A DNA stretch of 64,000 nucleotides, taken from Lama glama (Eukaryota). Below the pieces are notes generated by a model that did not search any database, had not been told where the DNA came from, and worked only from the letters and a program-made list of their open reading frames with translations. The stretch is from contig CM052817.1 of NCBI GenBank assembly GCA_028534125.1, forward strand, positions 14,634,001 through 14,698,000, in the 5' to 3' direction. This document shows positions 37,051 to 50,339 of this stretch, piece after piece (the first letter of the stretch is position 1; every line of letters begins with the position of its first letter). The translations under genes were made by a program, and so were the position numbers.

Positions 37051-38455
37051 GAAGTAGTATTAATGCAGAAACAGGTGGCATCTGAGGACCAAACATCTCC
37101 CTTGCCCACATCTGTGAAAGGTTTTGCCAGTTCCTAAGGGAAAAGGAACTGATTTAACCCGAGAAGTACACAATGAGAATATAGCTGTGATGGAGTTTTC
37201 ATTATGCTTCATTTATTTATTTAGTAAATACAGCTTCTTTCTAAGTTTAGGTTCCGTTCTTCTCAATTAACCCTTGCAGTCTTTCTGATGGACCAAGTAA
37301 ACTACAACGTGGGGTATTACTGAGAAATGCACCTGAACTGAACTAACCCATCGGATCTCATTCCCAGGGGGGCGGAGCAGGTAGGCATACCCCCCTCAAT
37401 GTAACAGAGTCGATGGTTACCTGTGTGCCACATGTTAGAATAGTTACAATTATTCTACCCCACCCACCAAATAACCTTTAAAGTTCTGCAGCACGTAGCC
37501 TGGCTAGCTCCGGCCTCAGCGCACCTCCTTCGTAGGGCTTTGCTGAAATGAGCAACAAGAACACACACCAACATTCTGCATGTTCTCCTTTTCCTTAAAG
37601 CTGCTGGCTTGGCGTGTGGCCAGGTTTCCAAGGCATCACAAAGAAGATGACTGACCCTTGGCCACAGCATACAAGGGTCACCAGCTTTCCAGCCTGCACA
37701 TCTGTGCCCTCGCCATCACTGCCTAACCACTAAGCCAACGTGGCATTTTAGGTTATGTCCAGGGATCCCATTTAAAGTGCGAAATTCTGGATAAGGGGAA
37801 TGTTGAGGGGTAGAGAGGTAGGGAATATTGTGGAAATCAATTAATTAAAGTTTCTTACCTCAAATCTGTTTATTGTGAATAATCTAAATTTAAAGTGCTT
37901 ATACAAAATAATCCTTAACAATAATGAAGATAACCACTCAGAATGTTTCCTCAGGATCTTCCAACACTTTTTTCCTCTCATATGATCCAAAGTCCTTCCA
38001 TAGATTTTGTATATTTTCCCCAAATTGCCCTGAGTCGCAAACCCCAAGTTTGTTTCCCCCTAGCAGTTCACAGCACGCCCTGCATGACGGAGCTGTGAAG
38101 TGTCTTCGTTCATGGGTGCGGCCCTGGCTCCTCGGTGATGTCCCTCCAGCCCTCCGCTTAGCCTGGCTGGGCGCCTTGAGGTTAAAACCCAAATTAGGTA
38201 AAACTCTAACTTTTCACTTGGGTCTTGGGAGTGACACTGGGGCTTTATGAGTGTGTGTGTGTGTGTTCCTCTGACATGCAGCAGACACTCAATAAATACT
38301 TGTTGGAAGACTCATGAATCTCTTAATTCCAGCCTTGATGCCAAAGGAACAGATTTCAGAACGTGACCTACTTCATCTTAAATCACACAATGTGGGTTTA
38401 TCATTCCCTTTTTCATAGGTAGATAGATAACTGATAGATAATAGAAAGGTGTGAG

Positions 38456-38457
<2 letters not shown>

Positions 38458-38506
<49 letters not shown>
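38458..38506 (+). repeat. (TG)n microsatellite
   Basis: About 24 perfect GT units. Confidence 0.98.
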
Positions 38507-38508
<2 letters not shown>

Positions 38509-38509
38509 T

Positions 38510-39070
38510 GAGATCCGCTGGACTCTAAATCTGGGCTGGGTCGTCCTGGATGAAAACCTGTTTTGGTGCCGGGGCTCCCAAGAATGCTCCTGTCTCCCCC
38601 CTCGCTCCCTGTGAGCCCTCTGACCCTTGTCCACGCTCTTTCTTTCCCTTCCAAGCAGCAGACAGCAGCGGGGCTCCTCTGGCAGCCGCGGCCTGCTGTT
38701 TCCAGGACTAACTGACCCTCTGTCTGCTTCACCCCAGCTGCTCCCCGCTCATGCGCCCTGACTCACTTCGCCCCGACAGCAGAGGCCCGGGACCTTCTGC
38801 ACAGTCTTCTCGCGGGGGGCACCGAGCCCGGGACTCACCCAGGCCCTGCCTCTGGCTTGGTGAGGGCAGCGGTCCGCGAACTGCAGCTGCCAACTGACAA
38901 ATGAGCTTTCTGTCCCAGGCTCGTCATCTTCTCCCCACCATCCAGGGCGAGCCATCACTTCCAGAAAACACCAGCCAGGAGTCCTGACGCTGCTGAGCCC
39001 GCGGGCTCCCGGGTCAACAACAGGAAAGCAAGGGGAACCACCAACACCGGCCCCTGATGGGAGTGGACCC
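38510..39070 (-). promoter_or_regulatory. Small CpG-rich island, candidate promoter/enhancer with candidate first exon ending at 38839
   Basis: Non-repetitive, GC- and CpG-rich relative to flanks; AP-1 TGACTCA at 38759-38765; minus-strand donor TGG/GTGAGT at 38839/38838. Confidence 0.45.
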
Positions 39071-39429
39071 CTGGATGAAGACCTCTGATGCTCCATCCAC
39101 GAGACCTGTTCTTATGGGCAAGAACCTTAGTGAGAACTGTATTAGACTGGTTTCTTCCAACTCATGGCTACAGTCATCTTCATGGAATACTGTTTCTGGG
39201 GAGAGAAGGAAATATTTGGAGGACGTGGGTATTTGAGGAAGAAAGTTTAAGTCCTGGGTCAGACTAACATAGTACCTTCTCAAGGATGTGGGAAGCTGTT
39301 TTCTCTAGACCGTTTTAGTTCTTGGTGCCAGAGCTCCAGGACTTGGAGAGGCTGGAAGATAAGGGATCACGTCCTTTCACTGCCTTCACAGGGTTTTCTT
39401 TCAAAATCAAATAAACCTCACTTTTCATT

Positions 39430-39830
39430 TCTCATGATTTCTACTCAGATTCTCCATCACTCATCCGACTCAGGCCACTCCAGCCTCCCTGACATCCCTC
39501 CCCGTCCGAGACATGCCACCTGCCTTCGCAACAGATCACCACTTACCCTGGCCCTTACAGGTCTTTCCACAAATGTCACCTTGTCATGGGGACCTCTTCA
39601 TCCTACCCCCATCTCCAAAAATTCCTGCGGCCCCCTTCCTAACTTGCTTTTCTCTTTCTCACGCAGTGTCACCTAACAGGTTCTTCACACGTTTCACTTA
39701 GTTATAAACAGACTCTCACCTGTTTTGCTCCCCCTCACCTCGCCCCAAGCCTAGAGGAGTGTCCGGCCAGAGCACTTTTTGTTTGTCTGACTGTTTGTTG
39801 ACAGACTCCATGAAAGAATGAATAAATGGT
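39430..39830 (+). mobile_element. L2a 3' end
   Basis: aaatgtcaccttgtcatggggacctc...cccaagcctagaggagtgtccggc...gaatgaataaatg. Confidence 0.75.
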
Positions 39831-41459
39831 GGCCTGGCTGTCAACAGGGAACCCATTTCAGATTGACCTGTCCCCTCTCCCTTCGAACACTGCGGTTTGA
39901 CTTTTTTATGCTCATCAGAATCCAAAGTCAACATCTTGATCACCTGTTTCTAAAACCACAGAAGGTGTCGCTTTTACAAGACTCTCAGCATTCCACTAGG
40001 CAGAGCAAGGGAAGGGAAGGTTGTAGATGAGGGTTTGTCCATCTGGGATGTGAAAGGTTCCACAGCCAGCAAGGATGAGGTCTAATAGTCACCTGCACGC
40101 CGGAGGCCCCCTGAGCTGCCTGCTGCTCCTGCGGCCCTGGCTGACATCACAGGTGTGGAGGAGAGAGAACGGGGAACTGGAACGACCACGGTGCAGGTGT
40201 GTAACACTGCGGGGCCGCCAACTCACCTATGCAGCTTCTGCACCTGGCATCTACCTGCGCGATTCTGATTTCCTCCTTTGAAAGATGCTTAGGGGCAACT
40301 TCGATACCCAGACAGGATTGAGATCCAGTGGCTTAGGGAAACAATCTATTCCTGTTCTTTACCTGCAATTCCTCCCGAACAGCTGTTAAGAATCAGCATA
40401 ACTTCCGTGTGCAGGTGTGCGTGTGTAGGCAGCCAGCGTGTGAAACAGAACCTGTGACGGGTAAAGGGACACTGCCAAGGTCGCTGTCAGACTTTCCAGC
40501 ATTTTGCTTCAAGAGGGCCCAGTGCCCAGGAAAGTGGATGACACCATTTATAACATTGCTTTTATGTAAAAAGATACCCTCATTTCCAAACAATAAGATC
40601 ACAAAATAAATTTTGAAATAAAATTGGTTTATAATTTGGGACTTTCCTGTAATACTAGAGATTTAAATTTTTAAACACAAGGCAAATCACAGATCACACT
40701 GACAGAGACGTGTTCTGACGGGTATACCAGACAATTTGTGAAATGTTTACATTAATTTTCTTGAAATACGGGCAGAAGGTGTGGTTAACAACTTGTGTTC
40801 CCCAGTGTGTAGTGAGAACTTAACTAATGGTAGCTATATCTCAGGAATGACAGGGGCCAAAGACTGTGGTTAATGCCTGACATGGAAGAGCTAAGACACC
40901 GCGGTGGTGTTTTTAGAAACTGAGCTTCATAAAGATTTGCGAATTGTTACTCTATTAGTTACTTAGGTGTAAGTAGGTATTTTTTCCCTATGCTTTCAGC
41001 TTCTTTTCTGACTCTGAATGGGATCCCCTGTGAATCTGCCTTTCCCGTCCTCGTCTCTGAAGGAACTCCTTGCTAAGGGACTCTGAGGACGCCCATTCCT
41101 TCATTCCAAGGGGATTATTTGCACGAAAGGGCAGAGGTCTTCTCGGTGGTTTTCAAGTCTTCAACCATAATAAATACATCAGATTCTGGCCCTGCAGCCT
41201 AGACCTGGCGTGGGATGCACACCCACATTTTTTTTTTGAGGTCTAGTGGGGTAATGTTAACATCCAAAAGAGTAAAACAAATACTTACCTCTGCAGCAGC
41301 CCATTACCTGGGAAGTGGTTGGGTGCAGAATCGCTGAAGAAGAATCTGGATAATTACGGTAACAAGACCATCTTCTTCACTCCTCTTCCCTCCACAGCAG
41401 ATACATAGACCTCACCAGCATCTCAGATCTGCAAAGGCTTTTCTCAGTTTACAGATTTT

Positions 41460-42420
41460 CCCCTTCACCCCATTCCCTCCCCTTTCTTTGGTCCCTGCAT
41501 CTCTAATGTGTATGTGAACTTAGGAACACATACATCCTTGGAAGGTTACAGGGGTTGTTTCATGTGAACATGTGGTCTCACTCTGCATGCATTGCACTGA
41601 CCTATAAATCTGGTTCTCTTCATTAGTTTCCACTCAACAATGTACTCTCAAGATGTGTATAGTTAGCTACAGTTCGCACCTCGATCACTGCTGTTAAACG
41701 CCACAGAATAGGTCCCTGTGTGCATCAGCGTCACTTTACCTGTCCTTTCCCTGGTGACGGTGTCCTCCAGCATCTCGCCACCACAGACAGTGATGCAGCA
41801 AACGCTCTCAGACATGTCGAAGAGGAGTCTGTAACTGAGAGCGGGGTTGTGGGGGTTTTAGAGTATACACGTGTATTATTTCAGGAGGTATTGCCAGATT
41901 TCTTTCCCCAAGGTTTCTATCAGTATACACTTTTTCCAGCAGAATAGGACGGTCCCCATTTCATTGCCATCACCAGTGTGTGCTAGTGGCCTAATTTCTA
42001 GTCACCCATCTGAGGAGCTTAAAGGACTGCATCAGCATTATATGACCAATCTGAAAAATATAAAGTTTTACTTTTTAAATTTGTTATTATAAAATTTTTG
42101 AAATTTTATATTTCTCTGATCATTACTGAGGGTAAGAATCTCTTATAAGACATTTAGGTTTCCCTGTTTGTGAACTGCCAGTTCACATCCATTGATTATT
42201 TTCCATTTTATTTTATTTCAACTGCAGAGCAACAGACATTTCTGTATGCTCTAGACAGTAATCTCTTGGTTTTCAATGTTCCAAATACGATTCTTGGTTC
42301 CCAAATTGTCCTTTCTTTGTTGCCTTCAGTGTCCTTCACTGCCACAAAACCCTTAATTTAGATGTATTCACAATCCAACCCATTTTTTTTCCTGAGGTCT
42401 TTAATTTTTTTCCATATGTA
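41460..42420 (-). mobile_element. Old L1 (L1ME-like) 3'/ORF2-end fragment
   Basis: tttccactcaacaatg, gtattgccagatttctttcccca, tttctctgatcattactgaggg, tgtgaactgccagttcacatcc. Confidence 0.7.
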
Positions 42421-43089
42421 TATATTGACATCCAGGAAATATGTTCACCACATATTATTAAAGAAGAAAGCAAGTTATAAAACAGCATGCATACTATGAT
42501 CCATCCTATTTATATAAAATGATTCACAAGGTCAGTAACAAGTATGCCCTCTTCATTGATTTGGGCATAAAAGAGTCATATTTTTTTAATTGTTCAAATG
42601 ATAATAACCCCAATCCTATTCTGCTCTGTTTAGTGGAAAGCACAATTCTCCTTCCTGGGTCTCCTGCCCCCAGATTCCTCAGTGACATTTCTCAATGTCG
42701 ATTTTGTTGATCTTTTCACAGAACCAACTCTTGGTTTTGGTCATTTTTCTCCTATTGTTTTTCTATTCTCCATTTTATTTATCTCTGCTTTAATCTTTAT
42801 TATTTCTTCCTTCTTCTAACTTTGCCAAATCCACTTTTGGCTTTTAGGGTGTGTGCTTCAGGGGTTTGTCTTTAAAAAATCATAGTTTTTAAATTTAGCT
42901 TTCTATTTGGTAGAGACTTTAAAAACACTAATGTTTATTTTTTTTCACCTAAAAGACCAATTTCTTCCAAATATCAACAATAAGTCATTCCATTTCCCAT
43001 GATTAGTAGTGAAATTTGTATCATTTAATAAGGACTAGATTCTAGGATCTCCATTATATTTATTGGCCTTTTTGAATTCATTTATCCTA

Positions 43090-44600
43090 TTATCCATTAA
43101 TTCATTCAACAAACATTTATTGAGCACCTATTATAACCTGGACATTATTTTACCTGGGAAAACAGACAAAAGTTTCTGACTACCACAGAGTATATCTTCG
43201 AGTAGGTAGATAGTGTAGAACCTTAAAGGTCATTATAAGGATTTTGGCATTTACTAAAATAACAGTAACAGCTGACACACATCTTGCCTTCCTATTTGCC
43301 AGGCACTGTTCTAAGGGCTTTCCATGTATTAATTTATCTATTTCTCTTAACAATCCTATGAAATACTATTATTCCCCACCTTACAGGTGAAGAAACCATG
43401 GTACAGGTAGCTTAAGTAATTTGCCCAAAGTCATAGAGCTAGTGAGTGACAAAGCTGAAATTCCAACCCAATCAGTCTAATTCTGGAGCCCTTGCTCTTA
43501 CACATGGCCCAGGCTGCCTTTGAGTGAGATTGGAAATCATTGGAGGAGGACCGTGATTGGCTCACGTGTTAGGTTTACTTAAGCTGATGTGTTGAAATCA
43601 GGCTATAGGTGAGGCAAGAATAGAAAAAAAGAGACCAATTAGGGACTATTTCAACAGTGTAAACAAGAGATGATGGTGATTTGGATGAATTAGTAGCAAA
43701 GAAGGAGGTAAGAAGGAGTCAGTTCTGGATTTATTGACAACTGGGCAGTGGAGTATGGAAGAGAGAGAAGGATCATGGATAATTTTAGAGTTTTTATCTT
43801 GAATGACTTGAAGGACAGAGTTGCCATTTCCTGAATGGAGAAGACTACCTAAAGAACAAATTAAAAAACTACCTTAGTCTTTTAGAAGTTATTAGACACT
43901 CAAGTGAGATTTAAATGGACAGTTATATATGTGAGTCCAGGGTTCAGAGGCAAAATCTGTCCATTAGATATAAATTTGAGAATGTCACCATATAAACTTA
44001 AAAGACTAGAATAAGTCACCAAGAAAGAGAGAATAGAGGGAAAAAGAAGTCTAAGGACTGATCCTGGTGTACTGCAACATTACTCCAGAGAGGCAGAGGA
44101 AATGGACAAAGAAGATTAAGAAGAGGGGCTAGAGAAGGTGGAGTAAAACTAAGAGGTTACAGTTTTGTAGAAGCCAAATGAACAGAGAGTTAGAGGAGGA
44201 AGTAATCCACTTTATCAAACACCAATGATAGGTCAAGTTAGAAAAGACCTGAGCATCAATTACTGGATTAGCTACATGGAAGGCATTAATCATCATGAAA
44301 CAAATAGTGGAAGATTGTGGGTTCAAGAGATAAAGAAGGGAGAGCAAGTGGAGATAATAAGAACAACATAACTCTTTCAAAGAGCTTTGCTCTTGAGTGT
44401 CACAACAAAATGGAGTGGGTGGGAGTAATCAACACATGCAGGATTCTTTTTAAGGGGTGAGAACTTGAAGAATGTTTGAGTACCGATAGAAAATATTCTA
44501 GAGTGAATAAAAAATGGAGAATTGTAGTCTGTTTGAATAGGTGAGAGAGACTAGAAGTGACAAGAGGCACAAATATTTTATCCATAATAATAGGAGAGAA
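43090..44600 (-). mobile_element. L2a fragment interrupted by a MIR
   Basis: ttcattcaacaaacatttattgagcaccta terminus; L2 resumes after 43520. Confidence 0.82.
43260..43520 (-). mobile_element. MIR SINE
   Basis: tgccaggcactgttctaagggc...ttacaggtgaagaaacc...taagtaatttgcccaaagtcatagagctagt. Confidence 0.88.
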
Positions 44601-44624
44601 GGCAATGGACATGAGCACATGTGA

Positions 44625-46545
44625 TGTTCAGTACTACTGTTTGTTTTTGTAAACTGATCACATATTCAGCAACATTGCTACAAGACCTTATTAGTTATAA
44701 TTATTTGGCTGTAGGTTTTCTTGTATTTTTTGTTGGTTTAAGTACTACTCAGAAATCTACGAAAAAGGAGGGTTTTGTGTCTTGTCCTCTTTTTCAGTTA
44801 ATATGCTTCTGTGGTAGTCCTATGTAATATCCACCAATATTTCCATAGCTTTCCTTTCTGGGTCTATATTAGGATTTTACTTCCTGGGTCCCTTGTTCTT
44901 GAGTGGGGCCATGTGACTATTTCTGGCCAACTCAATGTTGAAACAATGTTATCACTTTGGAACCAGAGCATTTAATTGTGGATACCAGACTCTCCCAAGT
45001 AGTCATGTTCCCTTAGATACAATGACCAGAAATGTTTAAGATGATGGCTATTCCACCAGCCTGCATGTTTGAGTGTTAATGGGCCCAGCTCCCCTGCCAA
45101 CCCAGGAAGAACATTTAACATGAGCAAGAAATAAGCTCTTGTGGTTTTTAAGCAACTAAAATGTTTGGGTTTTATGAACTGCAGCATAATCTAGCTCATC
45201 CTGATTGATATGTCTCTTATTTGTTTATCTTATCTGGTTACATTGGTCAAGCACTTCCAATACCATGATGAAGAGTAATGATGGAACTGGGAATCCTTGT
45301 ATTATTAAATGGCAGTAAGTAATGTTTGTACTAGGTTTTTATTAAGTTAAGTAATCTTCCACTTATTTCTAGTTGTCCAGGTCTTTTAATCACAAATAGT
45401 AATTGGGTGCTATCAAATACATTTTGTACTTCTATTCAAATAAATCATGATTTTCTTCTCTAATCCACTGGTGATGTAGACCTTTGCTACTAAATTACAT
45501 TTAAATTCCAGGGATAAACCATACTTCATCATGATATGCTATATTGTTGGATTTAATTAACATTTTATTTTGCATTTTAGCGCTTACATTTGTAAGCACA
45601 AAGGACTTAAAATTTTCTTTTCATATCATTTTTATATTTGAAAGAATGCTTTTTCTAGTCTCATACTATGAAGTTGGCATATGTATGTCTCTGTTTTCAG
45701 GAAAAAAATTAGGGTAGGAGTCATCTGTTTCTTGATAATTTGATAGAACTCAACAGAAAAAAATGTTTAATGTAATTTAATATTTTTACATAATTATTTA
45801 AATTTTTGGTTCGATTAATGTTCTCTACTATTTTACTCAATTTCATTAACTTCTGCATTTATCTTTATTATTGTGGATCAAGTGAGTTAAGCATTAATAA
45901 CAATGTCTGGGTCAATAAATATTCCATATAAAAATTGGCATAATTTTAATTTTCTTCTTTATTTCTTACTTGGGCTTAACTATTTTGTACATTTTTAATT
46001 CTTTTCAAAGATGAACAATCAGTTCACTGGACTTTAGTTTTTATTGCAGTAAATGGTTTAAAGCTATAAGTTTTCCACTAAATACTGCCTTTAACTATAT
46101 TCCATAAATTTTGTCATATAACAACTTCATATATCAGCTAGTTATTATTTCTAATAATTTATGAATAACACTTCATAATTATTCTAATTATGAAATATCT
46201 GCTCAATTCTAATTATGAAATATTCAATAGCATAATTTTAGTTTCCAAACATGGGCCAGTTTTCTAGCTTTCCTTTTGTTGTCAATTTCTAATTTGATTG
46301 AAATATTCTGTGTGGTGTTGGTTCTTTCATTTAGCAAAACTTCTTTGTCACATAGTATTTGTATAGTTTTGTGAATGTTTTATGGGCATTCAACAATATT
46401 AAAAATTTTCTATGCATATTTTACATTTCTGTATAAATCCATTATCCTGGGTATATTAATTATGCTATTCACATCTTCTCTTTTGCTTAATGTCTGTTTG
46501 ATTAGTAAGTTTCTGAGAAACATGTGCTAAAATGCCACTCCACTG
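44625..46545 (-). mobile_element. Decayed old L1 ORF2 segments, interrupted by an MLT1 LTR
   Basis: T-rich L1 reverse motifs (cacttccaataccatgatgaagag, ccagggataaaccatactt, aagctataagttttccactaaatactgc). Confidence 0.7.
44810..45211 (+). mobile_element. MLT1H/I-like solo LTR
   Basis: ggggccatgtgactatttctggccaa...catgagcaagaaataagctcttgtgg...gcagcataatctagctcatcctgattgata. Confidence 0.8.
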
Positions 46546-47869
46546 TCTTATATGCAGTGTTGCTGTTGGAACCAATCTCTTTGCCTGCTTCTGCTGTTCA
46601 ATGCTCCCAACCTAAGCTGAATTTCAGCACCACTTACACAGTGCTCCATGAACCCAGGCCAAAGATCAGCTGGACCTGTGGATTTGGGGCTTCACAATGG
46701 TTCAGGCATAAACAACAAGCCACCAAGTTAATAAGAGCACAAGTCAAAAGGATCCCCCAACCTCCTTCCCAAGCACCTTGTACCCTTCCTATGTCTCCCA
46801 GGAGACTCACAGTTTTTCCATTCGTTTTTCCAGTTCCTAATACAATGCACGTTCCACAAAGGTTCACATTCAGTGGGTGACAGTCAAACTCCAATAGGCA
46901 TAGAAAGGCCTAGAAGGTGACTAAACAAAGTACTGAATCAATTTCTCTGAAATCTATTCACCTCAACAGCATGTCCAGATTTGAGTTCAGAGTAGGAAGC
47001 CATTGGCACACGTAAGTTCACCAATTTGTCATTTACAACACTTAGCAAGTTTCTTTTCACCTATTTCCGAGCAATAAGTGCCTTTATTGCAATACCATGT
47101 TATTTCTCCACTCTGAGGCCTTGTTCCATGAATCATGCTCTTTTTCTTTGCATCTTAATTCTCTCTACTGGCTTCCTCTTTTCAGCCTAAAAACATGTTC
47201 AATATCCTTCTGCCCACCTTTTTATTTCTTTCAGTCCCTTTCCTCTGGAACTTCATTAAATTATGTTTTAATGACTGACTCCACCACATCACTCCTAGTA
47301 CCCTGTATTTGGGCTCAAGCAACAAGATGCGGCAATAACAAAACAAGAGTGGAATCAGCCTCTAATGAGATCCTGCACTAGTCCAGGTGGAAGTGAAAGG
47401 GAATTTGGATTCATCTGGTGGCGGTGAGGATGGAGAAAAGGCCTAAAGGGCAGAAGAAAGGATTATAGTTGAGACAGTGGAGGAAAAGGTGTGAAGTGCT
47501 CATCTCAAAAGTAAGCATTACTAATGAAAGCCAATAGGATTTTCCAGCAGTGTTGTGTATCCACTTGAGTCTGATGATCAAGAACTTATCAATATATCAA
47601 TCTACCCAATTGTGTGATTTCCTCTAACAGGTTTCAAATGATACTGCCAATCATGAAATTAGTAAGTGATTTGAGAACCCACGACTTGTTAGCCATCTCT
47701 TCTAGATTAAGCTTCTTAAATTAGAGTTGGATTTATTTACTCTCCACAGAAATATGTGCAATGATTAGCTATCCAATGCCTACAAAATGAAATTTACATA
47801 TTTCTTAGCCTGACATTCAAGACCTCACCATCATCTAGCCAAGACTAAAACCTTGCAGCCTTACTTCAT

Positions 47870-48460
47870 GTATAGTTAGCTGTGTCCTTGACTTGTTGGT
47901 TAGTCAACAGCACATGACAATACAAGTACAAAGGATCTGTTGTTTTGCTTTATTTTCTCCCAGAGTCCATCATCTCCCTTTCCTCTCATACCTACACTTA
48001 GATTTTCCTTTGGGAAACCACTTCTGCTAGGCTTTTAATCCATACAGTTTTGGGAGAGCACTCTTTTGATGCAAGGGATACATAAATAACCCAGGGCAAC
48101 ACACAGAAATTGGCTCAGGAAACAAATATGTCACTGAAGCCATGGTAATTAGAATACGTGAGCATCAATCTTGGAACTGTTTCTGGAAACACAGAAGAGG
48201 ACAGCCTCCTTACTAGTGGTGGTAAGCGCGCAGACTGTAATTCTGAAGCTGCGAGCAGTCGGGCCCACATTCAGAGGAACTTACTGAGAATTAATCCAAC
48301 AGCAGAAAGCAAATCCAGGATAAAGAAGGAAAAATATTCTTGATAACATCATTTGCATCCTGTTACAGACATGCCGGAAGATGAACTCTTGGGTTTTTCA
48401 GTTATATCACCAATGAAGTTGGTTTAGTTCACCTAAGTTTGAGTTTCATTTTTGAATCCG
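47870..48460 (+). mobile_element. Old MLT1-type LTR
   Basis: ttcctttgggaaaccacttc, attggctcagg, tcttgataacatcatttgcatcctg. Confidence 0.55.
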
Positions 48461-48529
48461 TTAAGCTCTGTAACCTCTACAAATAGCCATCCACAACATT
48501 CTGTCCCAGCTCCAGACCCCTGAGGCATC

Positions 48530-48870
48530 ATTCACAGACCCTGAATCCAGACTTCCCGGGATTTAAATCATGGCTCTGCCTTTTACCTGCTGAGTGACAA
48601 TGAGCAAAGTGTTTCACATTTTTGTGTTCCTGATTCATCATCCATAAGATGGGAATGAGAACAATGGCACCTGAAAAACAAAAACAAAACAAGCAAAGGA
48701 ATGGAAACACCATTTAGGGTAGTTGTAAGGAATTAATGCATGTAAAGCCCTTAGAAAAGTATCTGGCACATCACACACACCATACAAGGAAGCCCGATGG
48801 GAGTTCGAGCTATTTTTGTTACTATTAGTGTCACAATGGTGATGATTATCATTATTATTATTTGTAATCC
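48530..48870 (+). mobile_element. MIR SINE
   Basis: ctgaatccagacttcccgggatttaaatcatggctctgcc...gcatgtaaagcccttagaaaagtatctggcaca. Confidence 0.85.
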
Positions 48871-50339
48871 TGTTGCCTACTGCAGTGCCCCTCAATTATA
48901 AAGAGTGAATCACTTAATTATTATATAAGAGGATTTTAATATAGTACTTGTTTGTCTCATCCTGCAGTTTTAACATGGATCAAAAAACCAAGGCATTACA
49001 AGGCAGCCCTGTCATCTCAACTCAGAATACTGTGAAAGCCCCAAATCTTCCTGCCTCATTCCTGCTACTTCCTTCTCCTTCCCCTCCACACCTCCCTGTA
49101 CTCAGTTCCTGCCCTGTTAGTGTCATCTTTCCTGCCCAGCATTCATCCAGCAGGCCCTAGAACTTGTTGACAGATTTCTCCTTGGTCATTTTTGGATGCC
49201 AACTTCTGTCTTTCCCCTACCTCTCCATCTTATGGTAGTTTCTCTGCATTACTGCCACTTACTAGAAGAATATCCACTCCACTTCAAGGCTTCAGAACAC
49301 ACTCTAATCAGGATCCAAAATGTAACCTCCGAGACACAGGAAGTTGCTAATACTATGTATTTCAAAGGGGTAAGAATATAAATCTATCTTCTCTTCAACT
49401 AAAAACTCTTCCCACGTCTCTCTTCCCTACAAGTTCAAGGAAAATCTCTAGATTGGGTAGGTCCATTCCATGTTAACAGTAGTCAGTCCCAAAGTAGGAT
49501 TAGAATGACGATGGGGCCACATTAGTCACTTACTACCTAAGGAAGATGACGAGAGGGAAGAGGGGCCAGTTAGTTTGCAAATCGTGGGGATTATTCAGCT
49601 CTATTTAAAGAATGCAAGATGTGGTTATGACCTGGCCATTTTGAGAGCTCAGCACCATCACCAGCCTGGATACAGGAGAAACCACCATCACTCAGAATGC
49701 TACCTGAAGCAAAGTGGGGGATAAAGTAGCAAAAGGCTCAAAACCCACCCCCCAAAAAATCTATGATTTAAACATGAGATGTTTCCAATATACTAAATTT
49801 GGAATGACTTGCTTATCTGTGGTCCTGCTGGAGGAAATAAAATGTTCAGCTTGGGAAATGAAGAAAGGAAACATATCAGTGATTTGCTCATAATGCTGGA
49901 AGAAATGGAATTATCTCAACCATGTGGATTCAAAATGTTCCCACTCTAAAAAAGTGTACTTGCTATATTTGGAAGACAATTTAAGAACTTAGAATTTCAA
50001 ACTCCTAGAAATTTAATAGTGAATTTTTAAGGCAATTTCTAGTTTTCATACAACAAATATCTATAAGCTGTACTTTTATACATGGACACACTCAGTAGGA
50101 AACTCTTTTTCTACATGGCTTGCTACAAAAATTCTCACAGGTCAAATAAAATCTTACGAAAAGTTACAGAACAGAAGGCATCCTAACATGACACTGCATG
50201 TAATGTTGGTCATTGATTTTTTTTCCCCACCTAAAACGAGGTAAGAAGGCACACACACCATGTTAAATATTGAAAAGAAACTAACGTGTACTTTGAAGGG
50301 AGACATTAGCATATTCATTAGATTTTAATGTCTCATTTT

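Noticed and set aside
37395..37420. miR-181-3p-like sequence (aaccatcgac, minus strand)
   Set aside because: Only about 10 nt match, and the miR-181-5p arm is absent.
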